A stretch of DNA of 64,000 nucleotides from a virus (lineage: Duplodnaviria > Caudoviricetes). Where the stretch lies: the IMG/VR virus record IMGVR_UViG_3300037183_000082, positions 1-64,000 of that record; one strand, given 5' to 3'. Position 1 is the first letter of the stretch; each line of letters opens with the position of its first letter. Positions 63,951-64,000 of the stretch are shown here, piece after piece. The notes below the pieces were generated by a model, which did not search any database, was not told where the DNA came from, and saw nothing but the letters and a program-made list of their open reading frames with translations. A program made the position numbers and the translations under genes.

Positions 63951-64000
63951 CCCCCCATGACAAAAACACTCGACAAGGCGGATATCCGCCGCTGGATGGC

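Overview
The window looks like most of a large (at least 64 kb), GC-rich, temperate, tailless bacterial virus genome in its excised form. Host sequence is not evident; a Myxococcota-like host is a weak inference from a myxobacterial-type SspB gene. (1) 1-15.2 kb, minus strand: virion module with three tandem paralogous jelly-roll-like capsid candidates, two larger beta-rich capsid-like proteins, many tail-anchored membrane proteins and a transglutaminase-like protein. No terminase, portal, tape measure or packaging ATPase is visible. (2) 15.3-17.6 kb: DUF3987-like P-loop protein and a repeat/palindrome-rich putative origin. (3) 18.5-39 kb, plus strand: SNF2 helicase, Cas4-like nuclease, Sak4-like ATPase, SSB, adenine MTase, UDG-fused family A DNA polymerase with an intein, Pif1 helicase, Mom-like protein, Xis and tyrosine integrase, followed by attP (3' half of tRNA-Pro). 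(4) 39.3-55.6 kb: mixed lysis, virion and accessory genes. (5) 55.7-64 kb: divergent arrays of small early genes. The top finding is a stand-alone RAMP/Cas7-like gene (25664-26332) directly preceded by two non-coding tracts of period-5 NGY-NN units (25452-25501 and 25530-25635). This is a candidate RNA-guided system with a gapped guide code and no CRISPR array. Other notable signals are a thrice-repeated promoter plus conserved leader/ncRNA, a three-way-junction RNA candidate, a leaderless extended -10 promoter motif and a recurrent hydrophobic-x-G-L-G motif in virion proteins. All family assignments come from motif recognition by eye; no searches were run.
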